Assembly (NCBI GenBank): GCA_964036045.1
Contig: OZ038378.1
Location: forward strand, 98,952,001-99,016,000
Source of the DNA: Eutreptiella sp. 'Long Island Sound 2002'
Taxonomy: Eukaryota; Protista; Euglenida
Reading direction: 5' to 3'
Length of the DNA: 64,000 nt
Shown here: piece by piece, positions 1-12,900 of the stretch
Numbering within the stretch: the first letter of the stretch is position 1
Layout of the letters: every line of letters begins with the position of its first letter
The notes under the pieces: generated by a model
What the model was told of the DNA's origin: nothing
Seen by the model: only the letters and a program-made list of their open reading frames with translations
The model's database searches: none
Made by a program: the position numbers and the translations under genes

Positions 1-204
1 TAACCGCACACGCAGCAGGGACACACACGCCACACACACACAAACACCAGCAACGAGGCCAACACACAAGGGACCACAAACACCGCAACGCACGTCCCGC
101 ACACCACAAACACACACAGAGCACAACCACCCACCCCACACCAGCAAAAAAACGCACCACCACCAGCAGCAGACCTGCGTCAGGAATGGCAGGGATCTGC
201 ACCC

Positions 205-1010
205 AGGGCCTTCAGCCAGGATTGGCGAGAGACCGCCAACCGCCACCAGCAGAGGACCCCAGCCAGGAATAGTGGGGAATTGGGGGCAGGGCCTTTAGCC
301 AGGATTGGCGAGGGACCTCCCACCAACACCAACAGCAGGCCCCAGCCAGGAGCGGCGGGGAACTGCACCCAGGACCCTCAGCCAGGATTGGCCAGGGACC
401 AGCCAACGCCATCAGCAGCACACTCCAGCCAGAAATGCCAAAGAAACACACCCAGGACCCTCAGCCAGGATTTGCGAATAAGCGCCCACGACCACAGGCA
501 TCAAATTCAAGCCAGGAACGGCGGGGGCGTACATCCAGGGCCCTCAGCAAGGGTTGGTGAGGGACCGCCCAACACCAACAACGGCGGACACCAGCCAGGA
601 ATGGCGGGGAACTGCACCCGGGACCGTCAGCCAGGATTGGCCAGGGACAAGCCACCGCCATCAGCAGCACACTCGAGCGAGGAATGGCGAAGAAACACAC
701 GCAGGACCCTCAACCAGGAATGGCGAGAAAGCGCCCACCACCACAGGCAACAAACTCCAGCCAGGAACGGCGGGGGCGTACATCCAGGGCCTTCAGCGAG
801 GGTTGGCAAGGGACAACCCACCACCACCAGCGGCGGACCCCGGGCAGGAGTTGCGGGCAGCTGCAGCAAGGGCCCTCAGCCAGGATTGGCGAGGGACTAC
901 CCAGCGACGCCAGCAGCAGACCCTAGCCAGCTGCAGCCAGGGTCCTCAGCCAGAACTGGCGAGAGACCCACAAACACCAACGGCACCCCCCAGCCGGGAG
1001 GGGCGGGGAA
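205..1010 (+). repeat. Minisatellite with core CAGCCAGGA(A/T/G)TGGCG; ~83-bp dimer, ~249-bp higher-order unit
   Basis: Core at about 208, 258, 295, 342, 378, 424, 460, 510, 544, 591, 628, 674, 711, 757, 793, 843, 876, 945 and 990. Spacing alternates ~36/~47 bp; best-matching variants recur at ~249 bp (295/544/793; 378/628/876). Confidence 0.9.
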
Positions 1011-4000
1011 ATACACCCAAGGACCCCTCCATCGACAAACAACACACACACACGCAAGCACACCAACATACACACTAAGCACACCTATCCATCCACACAA
1101 CACCCACACTAACACCAACATCCATACGTCACATACAGACGAGACGCGAAAAAACACGCGCACAACGCGCCACGCACACACCTGCCGACGGTAGAAGCAC
1201 ACCGCCCACGCCAACCACCACGAGACCCGCAGCCAGGATTGGCGAGGAACCACCCAACACCGTGACCAACCACCCTAGCCGGGAACGGCAGAAAACTAAA
1301 AACATAAAACCCCAACCAAGGCCCAGTCGAAGAGCAGCACCCGCCAGGCCCTCTGCTAGGAGCAATGAGGGCATACGCCCAGAAGCGGTCACCGACCGCC
1401 CACGCAGGCCCACCACCAGCTCCCTTGACAAGGGCGGCACGGGATCAGCAAACCAAAACTGACCAGCAACGTGTGACCGAGTCGCGAGGACGCAACCAGG
1501 TACAACAAAAGGGCAAGCACCCACATGAACCCCAGCCGGCGGCGGGAGCATACACCACCAACCAACCCCGTCGCCAGACCACTCACAGGCACTGCGACCG
1601 GGCCCCAAGCCGGGAGGGAAAAGGTACCGCCCGAAACAAGCCCCCAATAAACCAGCAACCCCCACACCACACCACAAGGGGCAGACCACAACAGGCACCC
1701 AAAAAAGACGTGACACACCGTTCTACGCGGTGCCACATCCAAAGACCCAAGACGAACCAAAACAAGCAACCCCGACCGGACCAGGCCAACAAGCAACCAC
1801 AAGGGGCAACACCCCCAAAAATCCGCCAACCACGCCAACGAGACACGGCACTCCACCACCTCCACACACGAAGTACACAACAACCCCTCACCAGCCACAC
1901 AGCCAGGCAACAGAGACACAAACCGCACACCGGCCGAAAAACAATCAACACACAGCGACCCATCACCATGCACCAACAAACACCGCGCCAACACACACCT
2001 ACAGGCGCCAAGGCCCGCCAACCGGCCACGCCAACACAAGTCCAACAAGCGTCAAATACCCAGCGGGACCCTCACGAGTGACTCCCAACACCCAGACCGC
2101 CAACCCGCCACCCTCCCATTGGCCAGGACAGCAACGCCACCGGGAGTCAAACCACGACACAACACCACCCCACACGCCACCACGACCACCAATCCATGAG
2201 CACCAACCAACAACACTCCCCAACGAAGCCAACACCACACCCCGGCCAGGGAAAGCAGGGAACGGCAGCCAACACCCCCCCGCAGGATTGTCAGGGAACC
2301 ACGCAACATCGCCACCAACCCCGAAGGCCCCGAGCCAGGAATTACGAGGACAGTCACAACCATTCAACCCAGTCCAGGAGGGGGGGGGATCCACGCCCAG
2401 GGACACAGTCGCAAACGCCAAACAGGAGCCGTAAGCCTGCCGCACGGAACCATCGGAGGAGGAATGAAACCACCGGTACCAACCACCAACCAGGAACCAG
2501 TGAAAATCACAGCCACCAACACAGCCACGCGACGGAACTGAACCCACAGGAATTACCACCGCGCCCAGAAGAAAAACCCCAAATTGAGCCCCCCAACATG
2601 CCGGCGGGCCCCAGGTCACCGGTGCCACCACAAACCCCTCATCGGCACGTCCAGCCACACCACCACCACCAACCCCGAGCGAGGAGAATCATTGCCACCC
2701 ACCACCCGGCACCCGCAAGCAGCAGACACAGGACACCCCGACCAGACCATAACTGAAACCAAGCCAACGACAACCCCCCTCACACAGACACGCTCACCAC
2801 CAGAGGCCGAACCCCTGCAAAGCAAAGCGCAGCCTCCACACCAGTAAAAACCACCACATCCACCGCCACCCCACACAAATCACTCTCTGCACCGGCAGGC
2901 CCACAACAGCGAAAACCACCAGACACCAGCAAGGAAACCGCAAATAATTATCAACACCCCGGAATCGAACCAATTCACCTGCCCGCCACGGCAGAAGCAG
3001 GCCACACAGCTTCACCCCCACAAGCGCCACACGACCCACCGCCTCCCGCACTACAACAGGCCGACACCACCACAGGAGGGGCGGGCCTAGAGAACACCCT
3101 GCACCCGGGCGGCGCCGCCCGGAAACAACGCCGAGACACACCACATGGCCTGCACTTCCACGCCCAAACAAACGGAAACAGACAACAGCATCACCAACAC
3201 TCAGCAGGCCCAGCAGACCACACCACATGACGCAAGTCACACACGCCAATATAACAACTAATCGCCAACCGCACCACCAGCAGCACCCCAGAGCAGCTGG
3301 GGAAACTGCTCCACACCCCAATGCCGACCACCAGCAACGCCGACACCCTACTACCCTCAGCACCGAAACATCCCCACACCGACCCGGGCTTCACATAAAA
3401 AAAGGCCAGAACCGGACAAACCACGCCTACAGCACCATCACAGCCATCGCCGCGCCCCAAACAAACGGCAGATGCCACCCGGCCCCTGGGCACCATACAA
3501 CCGAGAACCACCAAAGAACAACCCGTCACCGTGCATCGCCAGGCGCCAGTACGCCAAGCCACAGCTCATTCACAAAAACCACGACTCAACAATGCACCGA
3601 CACAGAAGACAACCAGCTGGTGGCCGGAAAACACAAGCCACCAGCCAGACCAGTGATTCACCACAGCCAGACCAACCACAGCACCAACGCCGCCAGGGAG
3701 CGACCCACCACAGGACGACCCCACCGCTAACCACCACGGAACACCCGCTGCCCCGCGGCGGCCACATCCATACACCCGCCACGCAACCGAGGCCAACTCA
3801 CGCACAGCCCACCCGGTATCCAGACACCATGACCTGAGGCCCGCGCCGAAACCATACGCTGAGCCGAAGCAGCCACCCTCCAGGCTAAACGGCACAGCAC
3901 ACACCAACCACCACACCACGGCAACCCACCAAGACCAGAGAAGGGACCACAGTTTGCAAGGCACGGCACAGCGGGCACGCCCCCACCCACGTGCGCCGCC

Positions 4001-5449
4001 CGCCTCAGCGCACGCCACCCCGCGTAAGAAACACCACACCATCGCGCGGCATACCATTTTCTCAACAGGAGGTGCACTGGAGCTAACTGTCCGTGCCTGC
4101 GACAACTACAACGTCCTCCGAGCCATCCACCACCTCCTGGCGGCCCTAACCCCACACCAACACACCGACCAGCAGACCCCGGACCTACAGGAACTAGATC
4201 ACCACATGCAGCCCTGCCCCATGTCCCCAGACGACACCCAGGACCACCACGAGCAGCAGCAGCAGACGAGGCCCGACTGCGCTACCGCGCTCCGTCCGCA
4301 CGCACTCAGGGACATGTACGCCACACTAACCAGCACCGTGGTCGGGGCCCATGGACGCCGAGCAGTACTACGGACAGGTTCACGAAGATCTTCCAGCGAT
4401 CTACGCGAACCCCCAGGTTTGGAGGCAAGAGAAACGGGGCAACAACGAGTGGAGCCCCGAGGATGACCTCCTCTGGGAGGACACCTACTGCAATCGTGAC
4501 GCCGTCCTGGAAGCGACAGCCTGAACCAACCTTCGCCCGCCCGGCAACACCCAGCACAGCCTTCACGCCCCCCTGACTCTCCAAGGCTGAGAGCATCAAA
4601 ACACCATCACCCTCCACCCCCTAGACCACATCCCACAGCAGTTGACACCAGAGGACCACGCCGCCACCAGCTTCACCATACAGCAAGACCCCGAGGACCC
4701 AGCAGTTTACCACCTCACCTGGAGCAATCGGACGGCCCCCCCCCCCCCCCCCCACACCACCGACCCTGGATGACATCTTCGCGTCTATCAGGGCAGGGCT
4801 GCAGGAAGCGAAGGCCCCACAGCAACCGGAAGACGCAATGCCTGAGCGGCTGCCCCCAACCACCACGGAGGAGCACCCCCCTCAGGAGCCCCTCACACAT
4901 CCCATCACCAGGATGGTACTCCCCCCGCAACACCGCACCACCCTGGACCGCAACGGGCGCCGAGACCTACCACGCACTTGGGCGGTCCAGAAGGGCACAT
5001 TTTGATGCCACAAAATCACACCGGGACTCGAAGCCCTTCGCCTCCAATGGATCACCGAGCCTGCCAACACCAGGACACTCCCAGCAGACCCCCACCACCT
5101 CCTCCTCACCGTGCTACAGGATGGGACCATCACACCTGAGGGGGGGGACTCCAAAACGGCTACCCCTGCGCACCCTGTCCACATGCCCCCACAAGGGTCA
5201 TCAGCATCCATGACGGTACACCCAGGCCCCACCCCCTGGCAAGCCATCGTCATAACCTACCCCGCCGCAAACATCCACACGCACACCTGGCTACACAGGT
5301 GGGAGGACATCCGCGGGGACCTCCTCAAAGAACACCTTGGCCCACCACACCCTCCACCCGCCGAGAGGGATAGCCCAGGCGCCGCACCGCATCCGCACCC
5401 CAGGGTTGTGGGCGTACGCCACGCCCATAAGCCCACAGGCAGCGGAAGA

Positions 5450-7290
5450 CATCCAGGACACCCTATCCCTCCAGTAAACACAGACCCGAACCCAACACCG
5501 CAACAGCCAACGAGGCTACACCCTTTGGTGGGCATACAAAGACCACAACATTCTCAGCCCCCAACCACGGCCAAACAGCACCGCCCTCTTCCAAGCCGCT
5601 ACAGCAGCAGCGACCCAGGTGGGAGCCCGGGAGACCTGGAGCGCACGATACGTGGTTGAGACAAAAGTGACGCCACACGGAAAAGGCCCGAAAAAACCCC
5701 CGGGCGCCTAAACCACTCCAACCCCCACTCAAACTGGACACGGAGGGTGAAACTGCCCACAACGAGTGAACAGCCCACTACATCGTCCCAGACACCAGCA
5801 CCCGCAATAACGAGGCCGCGAAGACCAACGTCACCCGCGACCTTCCCCACTCCACCCAGGTGTACGAACTGACGTCCCCCAACGTCCTCATCACTCACTG
5901 CCGGCATAACGAGCGGTGCAGCATCAAGGCCGAAGGGACCGCAACGACCATGCTGTACACATGGGCAACACAGGGAGACCTCCCGCAGCGCACCCGCCAT
6001 CACAGCCCCTGCTGGCCCACCCCTTTTCACACGGCAGACCGCCCCAACAAGAAGCCCAAACACTCAGACGTGCACACCCTTGCCCAAGAAGCCCAATAGC
6101 GACACAATGCACGACACAGGGCCCGCACCGCCCACGAAAACCACACTATCCCGCGCATAGGCGCCCCCTGCACCAGGGTGTCGGAGGCCACCCACAACCG
6201 CACGATCACGGGGATCATCACGGACTGCCTGAACAGGGTGCCATGCACATCAGCCCTACGCCAACCACTCCCGACCCCAACCATATTAGGGAAACATGTA
6301 CCTGGACACAGTGCCAGGGAACCCGGGCATATACATCCTGTCCAACAGGTCCAGGGAACACACAATCTCCCTGCACAGGGTGGAGTCCCTCGCCCTCCGA
6401 CCGCCCCCACCAAAGCACCACCATCAGTACATCTCGGGGGACAAACAGTCCCAGGCTGCAGAAGGTGGAAAAAAGGCGCACTAGCACGCTCTGGCCCACA
6501 TCATTGTCCACCCCACAGCCCACCTACCGAGAGATTTCGGCACAGAGCCCCACATCGTCCAGGAGGGGCAAGCACAACACATCATCACCACCGCACTGTA
6601 CTCCCTCGCCGCTCACAAACGCCGCTGGGACACCGATACTATCCAGGCGATTCCCCCGCAGCCGCAGGGCCCCGGAGACGCAGTCACGCCTCTCCACAAT
6701 GATCAACTCTTCCGCCTGGTGGCCAGCCCACAGCACAACCCCTTCTGAATTGAAATAGCCGTCGCACCAAGGGACACCCTCGCCACACACACCCAACAGC
6801 CCGCCATCCACATCCTCAATGCAGAAGCCCAATGGTGCGTACTCGACTGCGCACAAGGGTTCCTCATGGCCAGCCAGGCCTACACACCAGAACGATACCC
6901 TGAAGACCCTCCGCAACGCCGACAGCAACTACTCCAAGCCACCACAGCCAGAGGCCGAGAGGGCGCCCCATGGGAGACCCTCTACACAGCAATTTACTGG
7001 GCCCAAGAGTCCCCCAACGGTCCACACACGCCGGAGCCCACAAAGGCATGGGTCAGGCAGGCGAAAGCCATGCAAAACTACCAGCTCCACCAACCCTTCC
7101 CAAACAGCCCAGCCACACTACCATGGCCTACGGACCCCCCCGAAACAGTGCGGTAACTCGCCAACGTAGCACGTAACCGCGCGAAGGCGACCATGCAAAC
7201 ACTGGCGGAACACGCACTGCAGGACGCGACCCAACAGGCTACCCACCAGGCTCTCAAGCACACGCACTTCCATCACCTCCAGTGCCGCCC
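5450..7290 (+). pseudogene. Frameshifted conserved coding block of LINE-A (unassigned domain)
   Basis: Protein-level homology to 54130-55810, e.g. EATHNRTITGIITDCL vs DATHNRTITGIITDCL and REGAPWETLYTAIYWAQESPNG vs REGAPWEALHTALYWAQGSPNG. Confidence 0.6.
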
Positions 7291-7509
7291 GAACAAGCAC
7301 GGTGAAAAAAGGGCACACCCATCCCTAGCGCCTAAAAGGCCAGCGTAGGCAGCAAGGCGACGACCTCCCACCCCCCCTGCACCGACCCCAGCCTCTCCCT
7401 CCAACCCGGCAGGCACCCCGCCAGACCCCCCTGCCCAGACAGACCAGGCATCCTCATCATCCTCCCTCCCAATACAAGCACCGCCACAGCCTGACACGTA
7501 CCGAGAATT

Positions 7510-7650
7510 CCAACCACGCACGAGAGTCCAACAGCCCTACCACAACGACCACAGGGGTGACTTGATCTGGTGGGAGGGCACGGTGCAATACTGCCTCAAG
7601 GGGAAGCACCCAAACTGTGAGCTGCGGATCCAGGTGCAATGGCACCCCCA
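7510..7650 (+). pseudogene. Tudor/Agenet-like domain upstream of APE (copy 1)
   Basis: FQPRTRVQ...GDLIWWEGTVQY...LRIQVQW; homologous to 56105-56250. Confidence 0.5.
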
Positions 7651-7849
7651 GACCGCAGCTCAACCAACCGAGCGCCCCGGACAAGGCAGAAACCTTCGAG
7701 CTCAACAGCGCCCAGCCCATCCGACCCGTCACCCCCGAGGACAAGGCCCACAGGAACACCAAGTACACCAGAGAAATCCCCCCAGAATGAGCCCGGGGCG
7801 TCCGCCAGCGCCCAGCAAGAAGATCCAGAGCCCCAGTCCTCCTCCCTGA

Positions 7850-8640
7850 CGGTCCAAATGGGGGGACAAAGGCCCTCACAGCCCCGGCTCGCGGTGACCG
7901 ATGGCACCATCAACCTCCTGGACCTCAACCACCCAGCCATCACATACTCCAAGGACGCCACCGGGGCCCTCCACGAGGTCCCTATGGCGCAGGGGGCACA
8001 TTGGGTCCCTCACCTCCTTGCTTTGAAGGAGCAAAGCCTTCAACGCGACAACCTTCCGGAACCCACATCCATATATATCCCCGACCAGAGAGCAAAACAA
8101 ATGCTACTGGCAGAAGGGGATCTCCTCGTATGCCCGGGCGGTCCTTCACGTCCACCTCATCCACCACTTCAGCGTGCCAGGGAAACTGAGCGTCTACGGA
8201 CTCGTCAGGGACGGGTGGCAAATAAATGTCATCAACACCAAGGAACCCTCGGCGACGCAACAGAACCCTTCCTGCAGGCCCTGTCCCAGGCAGACCGCCA
8301 GATAGCCATGCTCGCCCCCATCATCATCGGCAACATGAACGCCGCCCCCAGCCCGGCGGACCGCGGGGCGCAGGCCACACTCCAGGACCACACAGTCCGC
8401 GACTCCATCGACAGGCTGGGGCTCGTCAACCTGACTGCTGGCCTGGAAGGCCAACCATCCTATTTTTCCCGCCAACCAAAGGCTGCCCCCTCCCGCATCA
8501 ACATTTGCTACGGCGACCCCACCACCATGATTCGGGCAGACGCCCGGTACGGCCCGCTCCCGCTGGGACCCACAGGCCATAGGCCCTTACACCTCCGCCT
8601 CACCATCCCCACCCTTCCCCCAGACCCCCCGGAGGATGCG
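7850..8640 (+). pseudogene. AP endonuclease (APE/EEP) domain of LINE-A copy 1, inactivated
   Basis: IIIGNMNAA (GDxN with D>N), SRINICY (SRID), TGHRPL (SDH-like); frameshift near 8200. Confidence 0.85.
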
Positions 8641-8965
8641 AATGAGGCTTGCCACATCCCCTAACAATGCCCCCAATGCACGACAACCAGGCCCGGTCCC
8701 GGTATCATAGGGCCATAGACTGCACTTGGCCCCCATGACACGACCAGACTAACCTTCTCACAGCCATCCGCACGCCTGCGGCTTCCAGCAGCAACCCCAG
8801 GATGAGAACGACCAACCACCCACAGCCGTGGAGGATGTGCTCCATGCATTCTGGCACACAAAGCAGCACTTGGTGACCCTCCTCCACACCGGCACCCCGC
8901 AAGCCCGCCACCAAATACACGGTTACAGAACGCAGATAGCGCACATCAGGGCGGACCTGCAGCAG

Positions 8966-9308
8966 CGGTTTGAGGTTTGAGGTTTGATTTTGCGGGTACT
9001 AGACGCCTTTCGGCCCTGGGGGGCCACCTGGTTGGGCCAGGTGATATCCTCCCCGACGGGACCTTGTAGGGGGCCCTTCATGACACACCTCCTGCCTGGT
9101 GGCGGAGTCCCCCGGGTTCACGGGGCTCGGAGCCCTGTCCCTCCCCGGCTTCCCCATTTTGCCACTTCCCGGTCAGTGCGTCGCTTAGCAGCCGTAGCTG
9201 CAGGCGCTTACCCACCGCGTCGCCCCCCTGATGCCTGGTCGCCCGGGGCGCCGGCGCTGCGGGGCCCGTGCTACTGGCTTGTCGCCAGTGTGACCCCCGT
9301 GGGCTGGC
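8966..9308 (-). mobile_element. 343-bp SINE-like or 5'-truncated retroposon with (TCAAACC)n 3' tail
   Basis: Flanked by exact 15-bp direct repeat GCGGACCTGCAGCAG (8951-8965, 9309-9323). Removing it restores IRADLQQ-WRIH, matching IRADLQRWHIH in the uninterrupted copy at ~57560. Confidence 0.9.
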
Positions 9309-9323
9309 GCGGACCTGCAGCAG

Positions 9324-9990
9324 TGGCGTATTCATAGACGGCAGTGCATCACCCAAGAACATGAGCGATACAAACGCCACAGTCTCCACTACAAAGCCAT
9401 ATGCCACTTGCACAACACCATGACCCGCACCAGCCGGCGCACCATCACTACAGTCCGGCAGGAGGATGGCTCCCTGACCAAGGACCCAGCCACAGTGCCT
9501 CCAGGCCACACAGGACAGCTTCCTCCACCAGCACACCCCAACCCATCCTAGGACACACTAGACACAGACACCCAAAACGTCATCGATCGCCTTCACCAGG
9601 TCTTCAACCAGGCGCGGGGGAGGCAACCGGAGAAGCGCCCCTTCACCATCCACGAAGTCCAGAAGGCCATCCACAGTCTCCGGAAACACAGAAGCCTGGG
9701 CTAAGACGGCCCCCCTGCGGAGGCATACTCCCGGCTCCTCCGCCTCCTCGACCAACGCCTGTGGGACATCGTCACGGGACAGACCCCCCTACCACAGAAC
9801 TGGGCCAACGTTGTCCGCCCCCTCTCCAAAAAGGGGGACTGGGCGGACCTGGACTACTGGCACCCCATAGTGTGTGCAGTAACGGACGTCAAGATCGTTT
9901 GCACCATCCTCCTGTGCGGCATCTGCCCCCACTCGGACACCCTCATACCCCCCAGCCTCAGGAAAGCTATCTCGGGCCGGTCCCGAACAA
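9324..9990 (+). pseudogene. LINE-A reverse transcriptase N-terminal part (frameshifted, truncated)
   Basis: Homologous to 57580-58240: KRPFTIHEVQKAIHSL, degenerate PGxDG, NWANVVRPLSKKGDW, WHPIVCAVTDVKIV. Confidence 0.85.
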
Positions 9991-12900
9991 ATGGCCCGAA
10001 CTCGCCCAGCGCGCACGGCCCGAGCCCCGCGACACTGAATCTCCCCCCTGATCTGAAAGCCAGCACATACCCGCCACAGATAGCCTCACGACGCCTGACC
10101 CGCCGCCCCCCACACCCCCGCCACACAGAGCCCCACGCCCCACAACACGCCCGCTGCACCCAGCGGCCCCAACATGCCCATCGCGGAGAGCCCCATAAGC
10201 CTACGCCTGCCCGGCCTGGCGCCCGAATGCAGCCCGGGCGAACCGTTCCCCCCCTTGGGCACTGAGGAGCATGCCCTCGTAAATTGAAGCAGCCCAGACC
10301 AGCCCAACCTGTTTCGTGGGGACCGCAGCCCGACGCCTCCCTGCAAGCTGCTGCCGGCCACATCGACACCTGGACACCCTGGATCACAACCCGCTGCCTG
10401 CAGCCGCCCGCCTTGAACCCCGAGCCCGAGAATATGATCTCCATCCTCCCTGCGGTGGCGTCGGCGGAGGCCGCCACAGCCCGCAAGGCTGCCGCCACCC
10501 GCATGACGGCACGACCCGCATCTTCCAAGACCACCACGTCCTCCCATCCTCCTCCTCATTCTCATCCTTGTAATCGACCTCCTAGCCCCTCATCGCTGCC
10601 CTCATCCACAAGTGCACGGCCAAAGCAAAGTCCAAAGCTGCAGCCAGAAAGCAGGCTGCTGGCGCCCCCCCGACCGACACTCAGGCGGTTGCCGCACCCC
10701 AGCAGCAACCCACGAATCCCTTCCACCCTTAGTTGGTCCCTGCGCACCTCCAGGACAACGTCTTCGTCCACCTCAAGCTGTCTGCCCAACCCCAGCCCGA
10801 CCCCAAGCAGCAGCCGCAGCCGCAGCCCGAGCAACAGCACCAACACCACAACCACCACCAGCACCACCATTACCACCACAGACAGCTTCAACGCCAACAG
10901 CAACAACACAGGCGGCAGCAGCAATAACAGAAGGGCCCCCGCCACCACAACCCCACACCAACCACATCCGGGCCCCCCTGCCCCCGGCACTAGCCGCCAC
11001 CACGGAGGCGGCCACGCAACACGACCCCATCCAAACCCTCGTCCACATCCCCATCCGCAAGCGCCCCACCATCCGGCCCCCACAAACCACCGCCGCCGCC
11101 GGCCCGACAGCCCCGGGGACATGGGACCCCTCGACCGCGGTCTCGGTGAAACTCAACCCCCAACCCGCCCCACCTGCCCACCAACCCCGGCAGCCCTGAG
11201 CGCTGCAAATGATGCCCGAGCTCCTTATCTCACCGAAGCGCCAAGGCATCCGGGGGGCATGCCCGCAGCTCCGGCACCACCACCAACCTCAGCACCACCA
11301 AAACCACCATCCCCGGCACCACCACAACCACCATCCCCGGCACCACCAGCACCACCACCAGCACCACAGCCACCCCCAGCACCACCAACACCGACACAAC
11401 CACCACCATCACCCTCAACACCACCACCACCACCACAGCCCAACACCCTACCCCACCAGCCCACAACCCATGCACAGGCAACACCACCACCTGGGGGGGG
11501 TGCAACAACCACCGGGCGCCCAACCCCACTACCTGCCCTACAACCGGGAGCTGCGCCCCCCCTTACCAGCAACCGTATCTGCAAAGCGTAAACGCCAACG
11601 CCGGAGGGGGCCAGCCCCCCCAAGGCCACGCTCATCCGGGGCAGCCCCGTCAGGTACCACTGGACCCGTACCACCTGCCACCTCCACCACCAAACCCGCC
11701 CCATCCGGCGCAACCCCCTTACGCAGCGGATCCACACGGGGCAGGAAGTCTTACCCCTCCCCCACCGTACGCAGCAGAACCGCACCATGCCCCCCTGGCA
11801 CAACTGACACCGTGCAAATGGCCTGGCTCGCCCCGCTAGGAAGCCCGCTCTTGAACACAGCGCCGCTCCCCCTCCCCGCCCGAAGGACGTTCCCAACCCC
11901 GCCTCTCCCGCTCCCCGCAGCCCCAGCGTGCTTCCGAGACACCGAGGCCCCACCGTAACTCCGCAGGGCCCCCCTCCAGCCACCCCCGCTCCCTGCGACG
12001 CCGCCCAATAAGCCGCCGCCGCCGCCTGTCCAAGTCCCCCTCCCCGCACCAACTGCGCCACCAGCCCCACGTTTCTCCCACCCCACACCACCATCACACG
12101 TCTGCTACCTGCAGCCCCCCCCCGCTGCCGATCCCGGACCCCGAGCTTGGAGCCCTCTCGCTACCCCCCCACCGCCCTTCCCTTGTGGTCCGCCCCCGCC
12201 CTGCAGTATCTCTGTCGCTTGGTGAGGCGGGCAGGGGAGCGAGCTGCCGTGAGGGGCACCACCGGCTCCACATCTTTGGCGAAGTCCTTGCCAGCAACCC
12301 CCACAACCCCGAGGAAACCCCCCTGGAGGCCGCCATGCCACAGAGCGCATGGGAAACGCTTCTCCGGGTCGTGGACCAGCTCCCCCCCCCCCCCTTCACC
12401 CCCAAAGCCCCCTGCCGGTGGATCCAAACCACCCACCCCCAAGCATGGGCCATCGGCACTTTACAAGCCCCACCACCACCCCACCACCACCCCACCACCA
12501 AGGCGGCGGCACGGGGGGCAAAGAGAAGTCTTCCGGCAAAGAGGCAAAGAAGGGTGCAAGGTGAGGGGAGTACACCCACGGGAAAAGGGACACCGAGAGC
12601 ACCACAAGGCAACAACACAAGAAGGACAAGGGAGAAAACTAGGGATGGTGCACGCAACAAGGACAAAGACCGAGGCAAACAGCCACAGAGGGGAAAGGGC
12701 CAGCTGCAAGTCCTTGCAGCCAGCTGGACTGACACTGCCCCACCCCCGCACACTGAGTCAGCTCAGTCCACCCCACCACGTGCCACCCACCACACTTCCA
12801 CAATGGTCTGCACCACACCCGGGAGAGGAGGGGCACCCACAGGACACCACTGCACCAGGGCACGGGCCCCCAAGAGGGGCAATCCCAGGGACACACACCC

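Larger units (their letters stand above)
1..9990 (+). mobile_element. LINE-A non-LTR retrotransposon copy 1 (begins before the window; truncated within RT; decayed)
   Basis: Collinear with 47100-58230: CAGCCAGGA minisatellite, conserved block 5450-7290 (= 54130-55810), Tudor-like motif, APE, RT N-terminal half. RT similarity to 58215-58240 stops at ~9990. Confidence 0.8.

Noticed and set aside
205-1010. CRISPR-like repeat-spacer appearance
   Set aside because: Core is short and degenerate, spacers are themselves homologous with a higher-order period, there are no cas genes, and the context is eukaryotic TE.
8966-8988. GGTTTGA repeats as telomeric or interstitial telomere sequence
   Set aside because: Only three units, sitting at the end of a TSD-flanked insert; better explained as a retroposon tail.
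9990-10110. Possible homology of the post-RT junction to the end of the Ulp1-like domain (46000-46110)
   Set aside because: Only short patches (CCCTGA, CAGRTAGC) match; too weak to call by eye.
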